DNA of 62,613 nt, filler included, from Choristocarpus tenellus KU-1152 (Eukaryota > Protista > Phaeophyceae): the NCBI GenBank assembly GCA_964200185.2. It is 7 parts of 7 records of this genome, joined end to end, with 100 filler letters (N's around TTAATTAATTAA, not from the genome) between each part and the next. Parts side by side here need not be neighbours in the genome. Positions count along the whole stretch, not along the records: positions 23,530 to 30,175 come from CAXNAD020007673.1; positions 30,276 to 40,709 come from CAXNAD020002933.1; 5 more parts are not named here. One strand, 5' to 3'. Below, one piece after another: positions 25,420 to 39,562 of this stretch. The first letter of the stretch is position 1, and each line of letters begins with the position of its first letter. The notes beneath the pieces are model-generated. The model ran no database searches. It had not been told where the DNA came from and saw nothing but the letters and a program-made list of their open reading frames with translations. Position numbers and translations under genes: made by a program.

Positions 25420-27269
25420 ACTTGATAGTAATTGTCAGCAGTAGCATTAGGATCAGAAGCAGGAGCATCTCAATCACTTTAATTTAGAAGCTCTTCAAAA
25501 TATTTCAAAAACCATCTGAGTTAGGTTTCTTTTGCCCGAATTAACCATTAATTCTGCAGCAAGTGGATGACAATGGGAAATAGACGACGGATAGACTCCT
25601 ATTCTGATATCTTTCCCAACAAAAAGTGCCATACTCTGCCTTGTTGAAACATACGGTACTCTCTCTGTCATACATAGATACGCTTCAGTATCATCACCCA
25701 CTGACAATTGTTAAACCTGTACAGTATCCACAAAGCACCTCCTAAGAGCAGACTACTACTAGATTTATCACAATGAATTCCATCAGTACTTCAGTTCACT
25801 GGATCAGCTCGCTGTCATCACAAGAAGATTTCAAGCCTCTACACAGAGCACCTTATCAGAACCACCACTTTGTCCTATTCAAAAATTTCACCTCTATTTT
25901 GTCAAGTATACTATGAACTATAATAATGATTATACACAGCACTTTAAGAAGAAAAACGATACACTTTGGTGAAGTATATTAGGAAGGACTGGAGCTGACT
26001 GTTCATACAGATGATGGGCAACTGATTAATGTATTGCCACAAACATCATTGAGCTTCAATAGTATGGGGCATTCTTCTCCACAACAAAATGGTTGTGTAA
26101 GATCAGGCAGTTGGCTACTGCTTTTCGTGATTTGTCTTTTTGAAACTCATGATCGCCTCTACTTGTTCTTTAACTGGCAAGAGAGTTCGCATTCTCTCAT
26201 CAGAATGCGGATCCATGATTGCAGATATTTCGGAATGAAGGACCCTCAAGAGTTTCCACATAGTGGTGAGGACCTTGATGATTTGGTGAACTGTTCGGAA
26301 GATTTGGAAGATCACTGTGGGTCCTAGGTGAGTCGGAGGAGTTGCTTCAGTGGCTCAATGAAGGAGGCTAAGATGACTGCATAAACGGGCAAAGTGTTAT
26401 GGGACTAAATCCTGTGTATTATGGTAACGCCTACATCCCCCCTTGGGCTCACAGTTCAACATCAGCTTCTGCGTTGATCAACGGATGGTGTGTGGTTGCT
26501 GTGCTGGTCGTGAGGTCTTGATCTGGAGAGGTGACTGTCACAAGCGTGATGCAGGGCCCAGTGCGGATGAGAGCATCCGTGATAGCAAGAGGTTTCCGAT
26601 GATGAGTAGAAGGGCTTGGCAGGTCCTGCACACTATTGATCGAAGGATAAGATAGAATGTATGGGCAACAACAGTAAGTTCAAAGTTTACTTTTTAACTC
26701 AAACGCAACTGCCACCGGAAGCAAGCATAGAAATCTTCTCCACAACTTATATTATTCAGAAAGCAAATTGGTGAAAGTTTGAAACAAAAGATGTTCCTAT
26801 GCATGGCCATGTCTCCTCTACTAGAGGGTGACATTAAAGTCATGGTTTAAAGACATGGCCAATTCCTCTGATTCCTCATTTTGATGGGCACTTTCCCTGA
26901 GGCCACTAGAAACCACGAAAACCCATTTGGTGAGCAAAGGTTTCCTGGAACCACACAGTTTGGTAAGCCTGCTTGGAGCCACTAGAAAATACAGCTTGAT
27001 GGGATACTAAAACAGTCTCCGTGTTTAAGGACGTTGGCAGATTGTTGCTGCCAAGGAGGCAGCTGAATGTGTAACTGGACCTAACTTGTAATATTGACTT
27101 TCATGTACGAGTTATCAGATGTTGAAACGATTGAACATGACCACTCGAACAGGAGTATGCCTGATGCAGCGATCAGAACTCTTTGCATAGTGTTTAAGTC
27201 AAGGCAGCCTGCTTGGTATGATAAGGACCAAATCGGAATAGCGAACAGTCCACGTATTATTATTGCATT

Positions 27270-27690
27270 CGACAGAACATCTGTTCATGTGTTTCATTGA
27301 CCCACGGAAAGCATGACTATTGACTGTGATCTACTGTGGACTGTGCTTGTCATCTTTGGAATGCCTGAGAAGATTATTTCAGTCATCCACCAGTTCCATG
27401 ATGGAATGTGAGCATGTATCTACATGTATGATGGTCTGGTGTGTTCTTGCCCTCATCCTGTTCAAGCATAGTGGTTTAGGGTTTCATTGGTGACCCAGTC
27501 ATTTCCTGTCGTCATCAAGGGAGCTGTGAGAAGCAACAGGGAGTGAGGTAATACTTTTCCTTGAGCGGCTCCTGTGGGGTATACTCTAGGCTGATGAAGG
27601 CATCATATCTAGGAATTTAGAAAGTTTGGCCAGTATGATTATAGTGATGGTGAAGTGATCAGTTCATTTAGACTGATCATGTCCGCATTG
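27270..27690 (+). mobile_element. Decayed RTE-clade LINE reverse transcriptase fragment
   Basis: LFMCFIDPRKA...DLLWTVLVIFGMPEKIISVIHQFHDGM*AC, then LWGIL*ADE.IISRNLESLASM (degenerate YADD region). Confidence 0.75.
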
Positions 27691-29229
27691 AAGATGGAGA
27701 CTGTGTGCATTTGATCTCCTGACAAGGTCACAGACAATTTGCAAATCCGCCCTTTGGGTCAGCACTACAAGTACTAGACTTTCAAGCTTATCTACTATGG
27801 ATGAATCTGTGATGAAACTGGTAGCAATGCCGAGATCAGTTGACAAAAATCATTCAAAACGTCTGGGGGTAAATACAGTCAAGTTTTTCTGACAGAACCA
27901 CACCTGTATTTCTTGAGGTTAAGATTTGAATGGTCAAAGGTGAAGTACTTGGGGTCCTGCCTTACATCTGGTTGTGTGACATTGAAGTTCCAGTCGGTCA
28001 GCTTTGTTCTCAGCATCACAAATTCCTCCTCTGCTACACATTGAATTTCGCTAACAGGAACACACTGACCACACACTGTCCTATGTAGATTTCATTACTG
28101 CAAAGATTACGTGCAGCAGTATCAAGGCGAATGGAAGCTCTTGTTTTGAGGGTCCGTTGGAAACACGGTGTATGAGTGACTATCAAAGGTGCTGGTGTTT
28201 AGGGGACTTGCAGATGGAAACGGAATTGTGGTGAATATGAGAAAATTGGTGGTTGTGGCCTCAAGATGACCTTGAAAAGCGCTAAAGTAATTGAGAGGTA
28301 TTACCCAGCATAATCCATGGGTCTTCACTGCAGCAGTCACACACCTTTCCCCTTGAGAAAGTTGGGTCCCAATCTCACTCTATCTTTATCTTCCTGCTGT
28401 AACGAGTAGAGAAAGTAGGTCCAGTTACGATTCAACATACCACTCATATCCTCTGATTCTGATTATAAAAAATTGAGACAACTGTTGGAACACCAGGGTA
28501 GACAGTTGCTGACCAGCTGTCTGCCATGGTGATCCAGTGGTATCTCAATTCTTGCCAAGTCTTTGGAAACAGCAGGTATCTGGCTTCTTTAGAACACTCC
28601 TCTATGGAATGAACTGGAGCCATGTTTTCGATGAAGTTCAAGATGGATGGCTGTCAAAGTTCACCCTGTGTTAGGTCATTGTGGTCTTAAAACCAAAGAA
28701 AAAAAACTGAAGACTCGGAATGTGAGGGTTATTGGACAGACTCACAAAGTGCCTACAAGGTGCTGGGGTGGAGTGAAATCCTTCCTGAGGAGAGTAACCA
28801 AGGAAAAAAAAGTAGCATTGCAGTCAAGAGCCATTTTGCATGTTGAACTGGTTCAGATTAATCAAATGGGGCGAAATATGGGTGAGCAAGGATGGGAAGA
28901 CAGAAGAGGATTCCAAGAACATGGAAGGGGAAAACTGTGACAAGGACAAGGAGAGTAGTGGTTAGGAGTTTGATGATAGGAAAACAGATGAGAGGGAAAA
29001 TAATTTGGATTATTTCAACCTCATCCCAGTGAAGATGAGAAATGGGTAAACTACTAAGCTATGGACATGAGATGGGAAACATGACACAGAATTGCAGCCA
29101 GGTGGGATGCGGTATTGTCATTAACCTGGTGCGCAAGAAAAGCGAAATTTGAGAGAATGACTATTGTTGTCAACTAACCCTAACCCTAAGGGCATGACAG
29201 CAGTTACAAAACCTAACTACAAATCAGAA

Positions 29230-29440
29230 GTCGTCCTGCATATCCTTACATCTGGCGTGTTGGGTGCTCTGTTGGTTTATCTGGTTGAAAACTATGGAAT
29301 ATTGGTGAACCAGGAGGACAGTGTACTGGTGGGTCCTGACTTGGGGAAAACTAATCACATATGCGAACTTGAAGCTGCACCATGTTGGATGAATGGGTTT
29401 GGAAGTAAGGATCAGGGGATGCTGAAGTGATGTGTCCATG
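29230..29440 (-). mobile_element. Possible Pif1/Helitron helicase C-terminal relic
   Basis: FKFAYVISF followed by a frameshifted KS(Q)GPT resembles Pif1 motif V (AYAxTxxKSQGxT). Single motif only. Confidence 0.25.
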
Positions 29441-30175
29441 GTGTTTTGACTGTGGAATCTGATTCGCTACGCTGGTCACAAAAGCTGTCTCAAGTGTGCC
29501 CTCCAGCAGTGCACCACGGCGACTTTTAGGTGGTAAAGAAGTACAAGTTGAAAGGGCCATAGGCTAGAAAAGCTTGGAAATAAATTTTTGGGGCTCTATC
29601 AGTAGGAACCTTTTGAAATACCATGAAAACTGCAACCATGCAATAAATGGATAAAAGTGTATGTTGTACTACTATTTTCCAAACTGAAAAAGGAGCAATG
29701 CCTGGGTACAGTGCACACATGCAGAAGATTTACCGAGGTGAGATCGATATTACTTTGGCTCAGCAAATACAGTACTTGCTACAATCAACTCATAACAGGT
29801 TGGCCTAGTAGAATAAGGCCAACAAGAAGCAAGCAACATGGCAAACGCAACAGACAAGGCAGAAATGTTCCCACGGGCTGGCCCCACACAAACAAGTCCT
29901 CCTCATGAACAATCTGGCACCACTCAAGATACTATATATATACTGCCTGTCATGCCCTACAACCTTTCCTATTCTTGACAATCTAGATTTCGCCATTCAA
30001 GATGTGCAAACCCTCCCAAATCGAGCAGGTGGCAATGTCATAATCCCTCCCCCATATCAGTATCAAAAATATATTCCTAACCCCCCCTCCCTCCCCCAAG
30101 GCTCAAACTATTTCTCTCCTTGTTCAAGCACGATATACCCAAATTCATACTGCACCCCCCCACCCCCCCTTATCT

Positions 30176-30275
30176 NNNNNNNNNNNNNNNNNNNNNNNNN
30201 NNNNNNNNNNNNNNNNNNNTTAATTAATTAANNNNNNNNNNNNNNNNNNNNNNNNNNNNNNNNNNNNNNNNNNNN
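30176..30275. other. Artificial contig linker
   Basis: N44-TTAATTAATTAA-N44. Confidence 0.97.
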
Positions 30276-30281
30276 GCAGGG

Positions 30282-30314
<33 letters not shown>

Positions 30315-30952
30315 GCAAGGTTATACCAGAGGAGGCTCTTGCTCGATAGAAACGCCTTCATGTATACGAGAAAACCCAGAACTACGGGCGTTTGAGCGGG
30401 CGAGCACCGCGCGAGAAGAGACAGGTCGAGCAAAAAACAGTAGGGTGGCATGTGGGTTGCTTCAAAACTTCTCACATACAAAGCAAAATCGCATGCGCGT
30501 ATGTATGTGTGTGGAGATTGATTTTCACGTTACTCATTTACGTACGCACTCCTTGAGAAAAAAAAAGTCATGCAACTGAAAACACTGTTCTACCCTCTTG
30601 TTTTTTTCTTTTTCTGGCATATACCTTGGGCTAAAAGCGCTGTACGCACGTGTGAAAAATCCCCTCAAATAGTACACACAAAAAACACACACATTTTTTT
30701 ACTACACACGAAGAGACACGAGCAAGCCCCCCCCAAAAATGTAGCGGAAAAATCACAAAGCAATCACACTTCCTACAAGGAATGAACAGCAGGCGTGCTT
30801 CCCCTTGTCTACTGCACTACAACACGCAGTAGCCCTCGCAAAGAGTTTGAAGATGGAGCAGTTCAGAGGAAAGCAAGCAGCATTAATGTCCTAGGCGCCA
30901 CAGATTGAATGACACCAACGATACCAACACCGCAGCATTTTTCTTCTCGTAC

Positions 30953-33900
30953 CTTTGCATTTTCAATGCGTGATGGGCCCCCAGCGGCCTTATTTGCACC
31001 CTTTTCAAACACCATGCCATTGACCAGCTCGCTGTCATCAATGGTTCCCCCCAGCTGCTTGCAGATCTGCCGGGAAAGAACACAACCCACAAACCCCGTG
31101 ATATCTACGCATCAAACATTATTTTCGTTTGTTGTTTGTCGATAAGATTGTTCTCAGAACATCATGTATACAAATACTCTTCTATTACACACAATTCCAA
31201 GTGTATGGTACCAACTACCAACTACCACAAAACAATACAGGACACAGGTAGAGCTCTACATTCCTGTGTTAATAAAATGGAGTACAAGCACATATTCCAG
31301 GAAGCCTAATAAAAAATGAAGAAAACATGATATTCCATGTATGTCTCCTCTTAGAAAAATCTCTGACAAAAACAACACTGAACTAAAACAAAAAAATGAT
31401 TCACCTCCATCAACAATATAGAGAGATATTCAACAAATCACTTTTCGACTTCCACAATTCCATCCAAGACTCCAACAAATAGGCTCCTTTTACCAAGACG
31501 AAAGCACCTCACAAAAGCACAACAAAAATCTCTTCCCACCCCAGAACACTCTCCTGTGACCAGGATACACACATACACACCTTGACATCCCTAAGATCAA
31601 CATTGACCGCAGTCTTGGAGTCCACAATGCCCAGAACGGCATCCACTGCCATAGGGCTAATTGTTTCACAGTTCTGACTCACCACTTTGGACGACAAACA
31701 TGTGTCCACCGCCTGGATCAACATGTCCCTGTTCACACCCACAATTTAAACCCACACACCCATATAAGAACAAAACAAAAGACACCATAAAAAGAAATAG
31801 ATGAGTGCAAGTGAAGTAGTGGAGGGGGCAAAACAAGTAATCAGCTCTCTCTATTGGGAGGGAAAAATGACAGAGGGTGGGTGGGAGGGGTGAGATATCA
31901 GAAATTCTTCGAGAACGGATGAATCCTATATCCCATAGGATATGCTGTTGAGTGGATCAATATTGTTGTCTTTGATAAGGAACAACAGCTGAGACGATAC
32001 AATGTTGTTGGACCCACAAACTCAACACAAACAAGTGTGTACTAGGTATTTCCAATTCTTCTGCAAGATGAATGAGAATAAGCGAGGAGCTGATATTGAT
32101 TACTGGATTCCTTGTGAAAAAAGGGTCAGATAAGACCTCTCAAAGGCCACAATCCGCCAAGCGCAGCTAATTGTGGTCCCTAAGAAATAAAACAAACAAG
32201 AAAAACCCCTGCATGTTCCCCATTGACAACCAAATGATTGCCCTATGCATAAAATATCTATGCACCTGCTTCATATGAGTACACACGGATCATAACAGCA
32301 GGAACATGAAGCTTTGTACCGACATGAAGTTCTCACATAGGGGATAATGAAGCCCTTCAAGGCAAAACAAACAGGCCGCTTATCGCCCAAGTCAAATCTT
32401 CATCTCAGTAAATTCAGGTCATTTTCAACTGCCATCCCATTGGATACGGATAAGGCTACGAGGACACTATCAAGAAGATTTCTTGAAGCCCCTTTTGAAC
32501 GGTGCTGATGGCAAAACTCAGTTTCACTCCCATTTCCCAGCTCAACAAAAAGCGCTACAATAATTCTCCAGTAATTCTGATGAATCAATGAATGACAGTA
32601 ATCCTAGGCGCATTTTTATTCTTACAACTAGTTGTATCATCACTACCTCATAGTTTGAGACTAGAAGTCTAGCTCAACCCTACCTAGCCCTGACCTATGA
32701 TAAGAGATACTACACACTGCTGCACTAATCATTAACTACAGACTAACCGTTGCAATATGACTACCTGCACTGCCCAAATCATATCTCGGGTTTCTTCTCA
32801 TGCGATATGTTCATCCATCCTCCTCCTCTTCAAATCTTACGCAGTAATCACCTAGCCAAAATGAAGCCTAGCTACTAACACCATCCAAACACTATACCTT
32901 ATTTCGATTAGCAGGAGAGAGGTAGGTACAGGTGTACGTGTGTTCTTTTCTGTTTTGAATACTATGTGGTGCATTGATCAGATTCCCTTGAGAATAAACT
33001 CTCATGTCAACCGGGTTTGAACCCATGCTCCCCTTAGAAAAAGCTGGTAGATTACCACTGAGCTACAAGGACAATTGCACGCCCTAATGTGCAGTTATGA
33101 ATCACAATCCTGTCCATCCCAACAAAGAAGTTCCTAAATTAATTCACCAACCACCACCTGATGTCTGCCATGGTGCCTGCCTGGAAAGACATCCCTCTTT
33201 CCTAAGGAGTCATTCAACATATGTACAGCAATTCAGAAGCCAGTTTCTAAGTGACCCTTCAAAGATCACCCACTCATCAACAATAAACTAAATAATTTGC
33301 CTAAAGTATCACATCTGCCCATCAATTCATTAACGTAACTATCCTACTACTGCTGCGTACTGTACTGTACCACAACATTGCCCAAAAAAACACATTTTAC
33401 GCTTTGTCAACTTTTTAGTTGTCCAGGCAAACCTTGGGGCTCATTTACTCTACGACACACTCTCTCTAGGACAACACTTAGAACCCATCTACTCTGTAAC
33501 ATCTATTCAACATGACAAAAAAACTGTCTTGCCATTTGTCTAGGGTGGCCTGCTTCTTCTGCAACACTTACCATCAGGAAGGACAATGCTTTGTTGCTCA
33601 AAATGCTAACACACTCTAGTTGTCTAATAAAAGTGGTATGTTGTCCAACACGTGAGGTATAAGCAGCAGTTGTTGCATGGGGTAAGTAAGATGAAAAAAC
33701 CTAATATTTCATTTGTACACTATAAATATACTATGCAGTGTGTGGTTCCTTATGTGTAATTGTACCAGTACTCAGTTTAATGGTGTAACCACTTACACTA
33801 AAGATACTTTGAATATTACCATAATTATTACTTTTAACCAATAAATTTTGTTACAGAAACCACCAGGAAAACAACCAGAAACACCCTCCCCCTCTATCAT

Positions 33901-36781
33901 GTCACAAATTTTTTGCACCAAACACACACGCACAATACAGACATTGGACGATGCACATCAGGGACAAACAGATATGAGCTCTAACAATAAATCCTCTTAA
34001 AATAGAAACCTGCAATAAATAAATTTACAACAGTCATTTCATGAAAAGGACTTTTCTTCCATTCTTTTCCCTTCATCTATTGCTACTGGATTCCAAATCA
34101 AGCCTCCCCTACCCCAGTCCCTCAAAACATGTTCTTCCAACAAACCTGTTAGTCAAGTCCACTGGCCGTGCCATCCCTTCCAGAACTTCCTCAGCCTTGT
34201 CTGATGCCGCCAAAAATGCTTCTGCCACAGCCATGGGGTGAATGCCCTTAGCAAGCAAGTCACCGCAGGCATTCAGCAGGGCACCAGCAATGACGCAGAC
34301 TGAGGTAGTTCCATCACCAGCCTCAATATCCTGGGACTTACTTAATTCCACAAGCATTTTTGCTGTTGGGTGAAACACCTAAAAATAATTATAGCATGAA
34401 AAAAAATGGAATCAAATCATTAACAATTTTGATGAATTTCTCAAGATGTGTTGTTTCTTACACATTTACCAGTGGAGTCTGAATTTGAAACATCTAAAAT
34501 TTGCCAAATCTGTTTTGATCATTCAGCATGATATATTATCTAAAAATCAGGATATTGTACAAACAACTGGAGGAGCTCCAAAATGATACACTATTTCCAA
34601 TCTGTGATTTCCAAGTGAGAAACGTTGTGGTATAATACAGTATACCAGTGCGTCAAAGTCTGCTTCTAAAATTTCATAGACTATCTGGACTTGTTTTTGA
34701 CACTGTTCCCATCTTATCATTGCTTACTCTCTGTCCTACATCCCATCTGTATTTTACGGTCAACACCATTATCACACTTACAATTCAAACACACTCAAAA
34801 CATAAATTCCAGCCTCAAGTACGTGAATGTACCTAGGGTAGAAAATATTACTGTACACAACCAACAGTTCTACAGGTACTTCGAGGGGCTTGTCCTTTGC
34901 TAGATCTATGTGAAAAAATAAGACGATCCTTGCACGACTTTTGATGTAACTGTTGATGTGATGGTAGTGGACTAATCAAAAGAACTTTGTGAGGGGTAGG
35001 AGAAAAATAAACAAAAATAGCACATAATAAAATATGGATGCAGAGTGCTCATCTAACTTGCGTCTGCAGACCACATACAACAGTATTTTTCATGTACTGT
35101 ACCATCATATTGCAAATAAAATGCGGTAAATATATCACTCGCAATAAATACCAATGACAGAAACAGGAACAGCTTCTCACTGTCTCTTCACCTAACCATA
35201 CCAAAAAATATGACACACACCTCTCAACACAACACAACTTTTAAAAAACACACACTTATTGCTGATGTAGCCCTGATGCATACCTAAAACAATCTGTGGA
35301 GGCATTGTGAAGACCACCACCACAACAGAATAAAGAAAGAGGATACCACGAAGAAATAAAATTCTATGGAGATAATCTTGCTCATATATACAGTAGAGGT
35401 CAAACTATCAACAACAGCTCTCCCTTGCCACACTGGACCACTTGCACCCCTTCTTCACCTGCATTTGGCTAAGGATGGTTGCACCATCATTGGTGATTAT
35501 CACCTCCCCATCCCCCTTTTGGATCATCTTATCCATTCCCCTGGGCCCAAGGCTGGTGCGGATGGCATCTGCCACTGCCTTTGCTGCCACAATGTTGGCC
35601 ATGCGCACATCCTGTCAACACACCAAATTTCGGGACAAACATCACATCTCCAGTTAAGATAATGTCTCTAGTTCTTCTATTATCGGATCAATCTCACCAG
35701 ACTTTCTATCAATATCCTCACCCTCCCCACTGCCCATTGTAACTACACCTTACAGAGAAAGAGTTCTCACTGGGAGAAACTGTTTGCCATGATCATGCAT
35801 GGTCTTAGAAAGTGTGGTGAGAGGATTGCTTCTGTGCGAGTTAAAGAGAAAGATAAGTGCATAGGACACATATAAACCAGGTGGTCAGTCTATCCAAGAA
35901 ACAATGTGAAGATTACTCCTCTCCCTGCACCAATTCCTCTATTTTGCCTTGTTCTCGTCACTAGTTTTGACTACAAGGAGAGAGAGACAGAGCTGAAATC
36001 GACATATCTACATTGAATACCCCCCCTTTTGCAAGGGGACAATAGCCTGTAAGGCTCTACTTGTCTAGTTCCTGTCTTGTTCCCACACACCTGAGGGGGA
36101 GGTACAGGAAATAATGAAATAACTAAAGTCGAAAGTTAAGTAGAATGGCAAGTTGTGCAAGCTCCAAATATGTATAGAACTAGCCTATGGTTGGCGCTTC
36201 TCGGAAAATTTAGCAGTTTTTATCTTTGGATGGAATGGGCAGGGGAGGAACATGTCCTAAATATATATGCCACATTGAAAACTTCCCAAAGCAAAGTTCT
36301 TCTTGCATGGTGTCCTATCACAAACATGAGGACCAGCTCAGCATATAGCAAAGATCCCAAGACATTCCATAAATGTCGAAATGAAGGATTCACAAGAGAA
36401 CAAATCGATTTCCTCAACGGCCACCAACGAGATTGGAGAAACATGCCAAAAGTCAGGACGTGCGTATCCGAGCAGGAAAAGCCTACTGTAACATCAGGAC
36501 GCTCTACAAGGATCGAAGGGAGCACAAGCAAAGGTTGAACATTTGCTTGAGCAGGATATTGCCAGAAGATAGTGTCGTAAGTCGCGTTATTGAGTCATTC
36601 TCAACTTCGCCTCGTACGCATTCGCACTGCAGAGTAAATCGAGTAGGGTTGGCACGGTTACCAGACCACAAGATAAGTGCACGGCAGGGTATTGATCTTA
36701 TTTCTTAGGAAGAATAGGTCGAGTTTCTTTATGCACCTTCTCTTTCTGGCTATCCCGGTGTGTGTCTCCCTTCGGTGCCAT
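30953..36781 (-). CDS. CCT4: T-complex protein 1 subunit delta (CCT4), first five exons, 3'-truncated by the contig end
   Basis: Exons 36781-36737 ([15 protein letters not shown]), 35611-35459 ([29 protein letters not shown]...TNDGATIL), 34378-34146 ([25 protein letters not shown]), 31728-31581 (LSSKVVSQ...NVDLRDVK), 31066-30953 ([11 protein letters not shown]...[10 protein letters not shown]). All introns GT-AG with consistent phases; motifs are delta-subunit-type. Confidence 0.96.
33005..33071 (-). pseudogene. tRNA-derived sequence (pseudo-tRNA or SINE head) in a CCT4 intron
   Basis: Minus strand reads TCCTTGTAGCTCAGTGGTAA...GCATGGGTTCAAACCCGG, with Pol III A and B boxes at tRNA spacing. 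The acceptor stem and anticodon arm do not pair properly. Confidence 0.5.
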
Positions 36782-37667
36782 AATTTCTCACGCCCCCCAC
36801 CCGGGCCCCCTTTCCGTCGAGATATCTCAGGAGACAAGAAGTTGCAGGCAAAGACCTGATCTTGTCGAATGGTGATCCTGCGTCCAGGCGGTTGAGCGGG
36901 TGGTGATTTCGAGCAAGGTGATGTAGGTGAGAGGTCAAAGGAGTAAAGGGTGGAAAAAGCAAGGCTTGTCAATTGAGATCATTTAACCCTTGAAGAAATG
37001 GTTGAAATGAGTGGTGCATCGATGGTTGCAGAGTCATAAACTGTACATTTTGAAGTCATAGGCCGATCCACCTACTGCTTCTTCGGTGGGAAATCTGGCT
37101 CCTTGACCAGAGAGAAAACAAGATCAGTGAGGAACAATGTGACACTTAGAACATGAGGACACAGAAGGAGAACTAGGACTGCAGAGTAGGATGAGGTAGT
37201 CATCAACTCTCACACATGCAGTTTATTCAGGAAAGCTGACTAGAACTGTCAACGCGAACTGTCCAGTCGGAGGCCCAACTCGACACACTCTTTCTCCAGC
37301 CCTCACTATTGGCTCCTCTATGAGAACCTATAGCCTTACCGATTCCCCATACAAGTTTATTGACATAGAAAAATGTACTGACCTCGACCTGTGTTGTGCT
37401 ATGTACCAGTCCCCTCTGGAACTCTGATGCCGTAATCAGTCTGAAATCGAGAAGGGGTTGAGGATTGTACGGTCCTTCCATATCCGATATATCTCAGCGA
37501 GGCGTGAACCCCAAAACATACGGAATACGCAATGAAATCACCATAGTTCCATTCGATACCGTATGGGTACCAAAATGTTGTGTTTTGGTTGACTCTTTCC
37601 TGTGTTAGAGGTTCATAGTAGTGTGTAACAGGAAGTTGAGTTTCGCATGAACTGAGGTGATGAACCA

Positions 37668-39562
37668 ATGGCGCCATCTTTAACGAGTCTCGTCCTCTTC
37701 CTCCCTTTGTCCACTCTACAGCTTGGCATACCCGTTTCTGCATTCTTCCTCCCGACGCTAACTCCACCACTATTGCTGTCAAGGAACGCCAATTCTGGCT
37801 CAAGGTCGTGGAGGTCAGATGAAGTTGTTTTGGATGCTGATGGGAATGCTGGGGCAAGGGATGTAACATGTAAATATAGAAGAAACGATGTCAGGTGGAG
37901 CGAATCGAAGGATCGACTTGGTCGAATCCTCAGCAGTGCTCCAGCTTTTTTCTTGTCGAATGCTCTCCTCTCTGTCCCGGCTTTGGCGGTGGGTTCAGGC
38001 GGAAGGATAGGTGGTGTGGGGATAACTTCGGAACCATCAAGATCTGCACCTGCACCTCCCATCCACACACAGTCTCAACCCTTAGGTGACGTTGGAACTC
38101 ACAACCGCGTGAGAAGAGAAGGGGGAAAGAGTTCCATCATAGGCGGTTCAAGTCGTCTACACTTTGGCCGCAGAAACAACCGAGGTTCGAGTTCTTCCTC
38201 AAGAGTTGATGGAAACCGCCGATATCACCACTTCGATCAGGAAACCGACGTAGTTTCTGATACGATAACTCCAGGAGATGTGGTGGTGGTGGCAGGAGTA
38301 ACTGCTGGCGTCGTTGCCCTCCGTCGTCGAAGTAGAGACGTTGACACAGGAGGGCATGGTGCGGGCGATGCTTCGTCTGCAGTGTTGACGACACTCCAGG
38401 TCGGTTTGTTCTGTCCCCGTGAGGGTGGTAGGAGAGATATTTTGCGCAGTCTGGGGTCACTATCGCAGAATGCAGACATCAGCTCTCCAGAGGGTCTTGC
38501 CTCCCTAATCAACGAGGTGAGGTTGCGATAGGAGGGGTGGGGTATGTTCGGGTAATTTTTTCTACAGACATGGCTTCGTATGTTCGATTTTGTAATCTTA
38601 ACTATGCTGAGATCTCAGAGTCTTTGCTGCAAGTCCTTGTCAACCCAGGTTCCATTCTGGGTTACTTTCCCGTCCTAACCCCCGAGGGAGTCACGGTTGT
38701 AAGGGTAAATTCCCTTTCATCTTTGGAGAGTTGTGTTGCTCTGATCCTAGCCAACCTGAAGAAATAGAAAGAAAGTGTCCATCGTTCAAGTTCCTTACAA
38801 GGTGAGGTTTTGCTCAATCCTTTTTTCTATTCTGCTGAGGTGGTTGGGGCTTCCGAGGGGGGGGGGAAACACGCATGGTGGTTGCAGAGCTTTGTGACAA
38901 CTGATAGAAGCATCCATCCTTTTTTCCCAAGCCAAAGTGACCCTGAGCCGTTGTGTAAGTTTGTGTCTGTTCACATATGAATGTCGACATCAACTTGAAT
39001 GACTTACAGATACCCTGAACATGGTTGATTTTTGTGGTAGCTATTGATCATTTGTCTGAATGACTTACAGATACCCTGAACATGGTTGATTTTTGTGGTA
39101 GCTATTGATCATTTGTCTGTACATCACTCCTCAGGCAGCATAGTGGAGAGCGAGATTAGTGTTTGTGCCTCCTTCCCCCCAAGTCTGTCCTTGTATGTAG
39201 CGGCATACTGTGTATAGGTGCTGCCCATTTTTGTCCTCCAACGACCACACCGTTGCAGTGTCCTGCGATTTCAAAAGGATGCTGTAACCTTCAACGCCGC
39301 TTCGGAGTCTTCTTGTCTCTTCATTTACTCACGGAGACAATAGACAGTGTCCTCACACAGATGTTCCAATCCACACGCCTACCCTAACCTCTTCCCTTCC
39401 CTCTGCCAAACTCACCAATCTTCACATGGGCTCCTCTACCGCCTCGACGGATGCTATGTGTGCATTTATGAACGTATTGGCATACATAGGTGTCCTTGTC
39501 TCTCTTGCGTGCAGAGCGAGATTGGGTTGGTGCCTCTGGTGGGATGAAGGAATACTCTTTGG
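37668..39562 (+). CDS. Plastid-targeted DUF1517 (FLAP1-like) protein, first two exons
   Basis: Exon 37668-38516 has a signal peptide ending VSA|FF, then SGGRIGG, a hydrophobic helix and TLQVGLF...ADISSPEGLASLINE. Exon 39490-39562 reads VSLSLLRAERDWVGAS. These match DUF1517 blocks (SGGRxGG; LQVGL; ADTxxxEGL; LALLR). Downstream exons were not confidently found. Confidence 0.8.
38996..39119. repeat. Perfect 61-bp tandem duplication (intronic)
   Basis: Unit TGAATGACTTACAGATACCC...GATCATTTGTC starts at 38996 and 39057. Confidence 0.95.

Noticed and set aside
25066-25425. Recurring short ORFs (e.g. GQTGQNSYPLRYFHS, HLYPSDVCNQITQ) as a small-protein family
   Set aside because: They are translations of the non-coding MITE copies, and the frames are not conserved between copies.
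36155-36708. Nested antisense gene in CCT4 intron 1 (127-aa and 91-aa ORFs)
   Set aside because: No recognisable motifs or splice structure; compatible with chance ORFs or a decayed TE.
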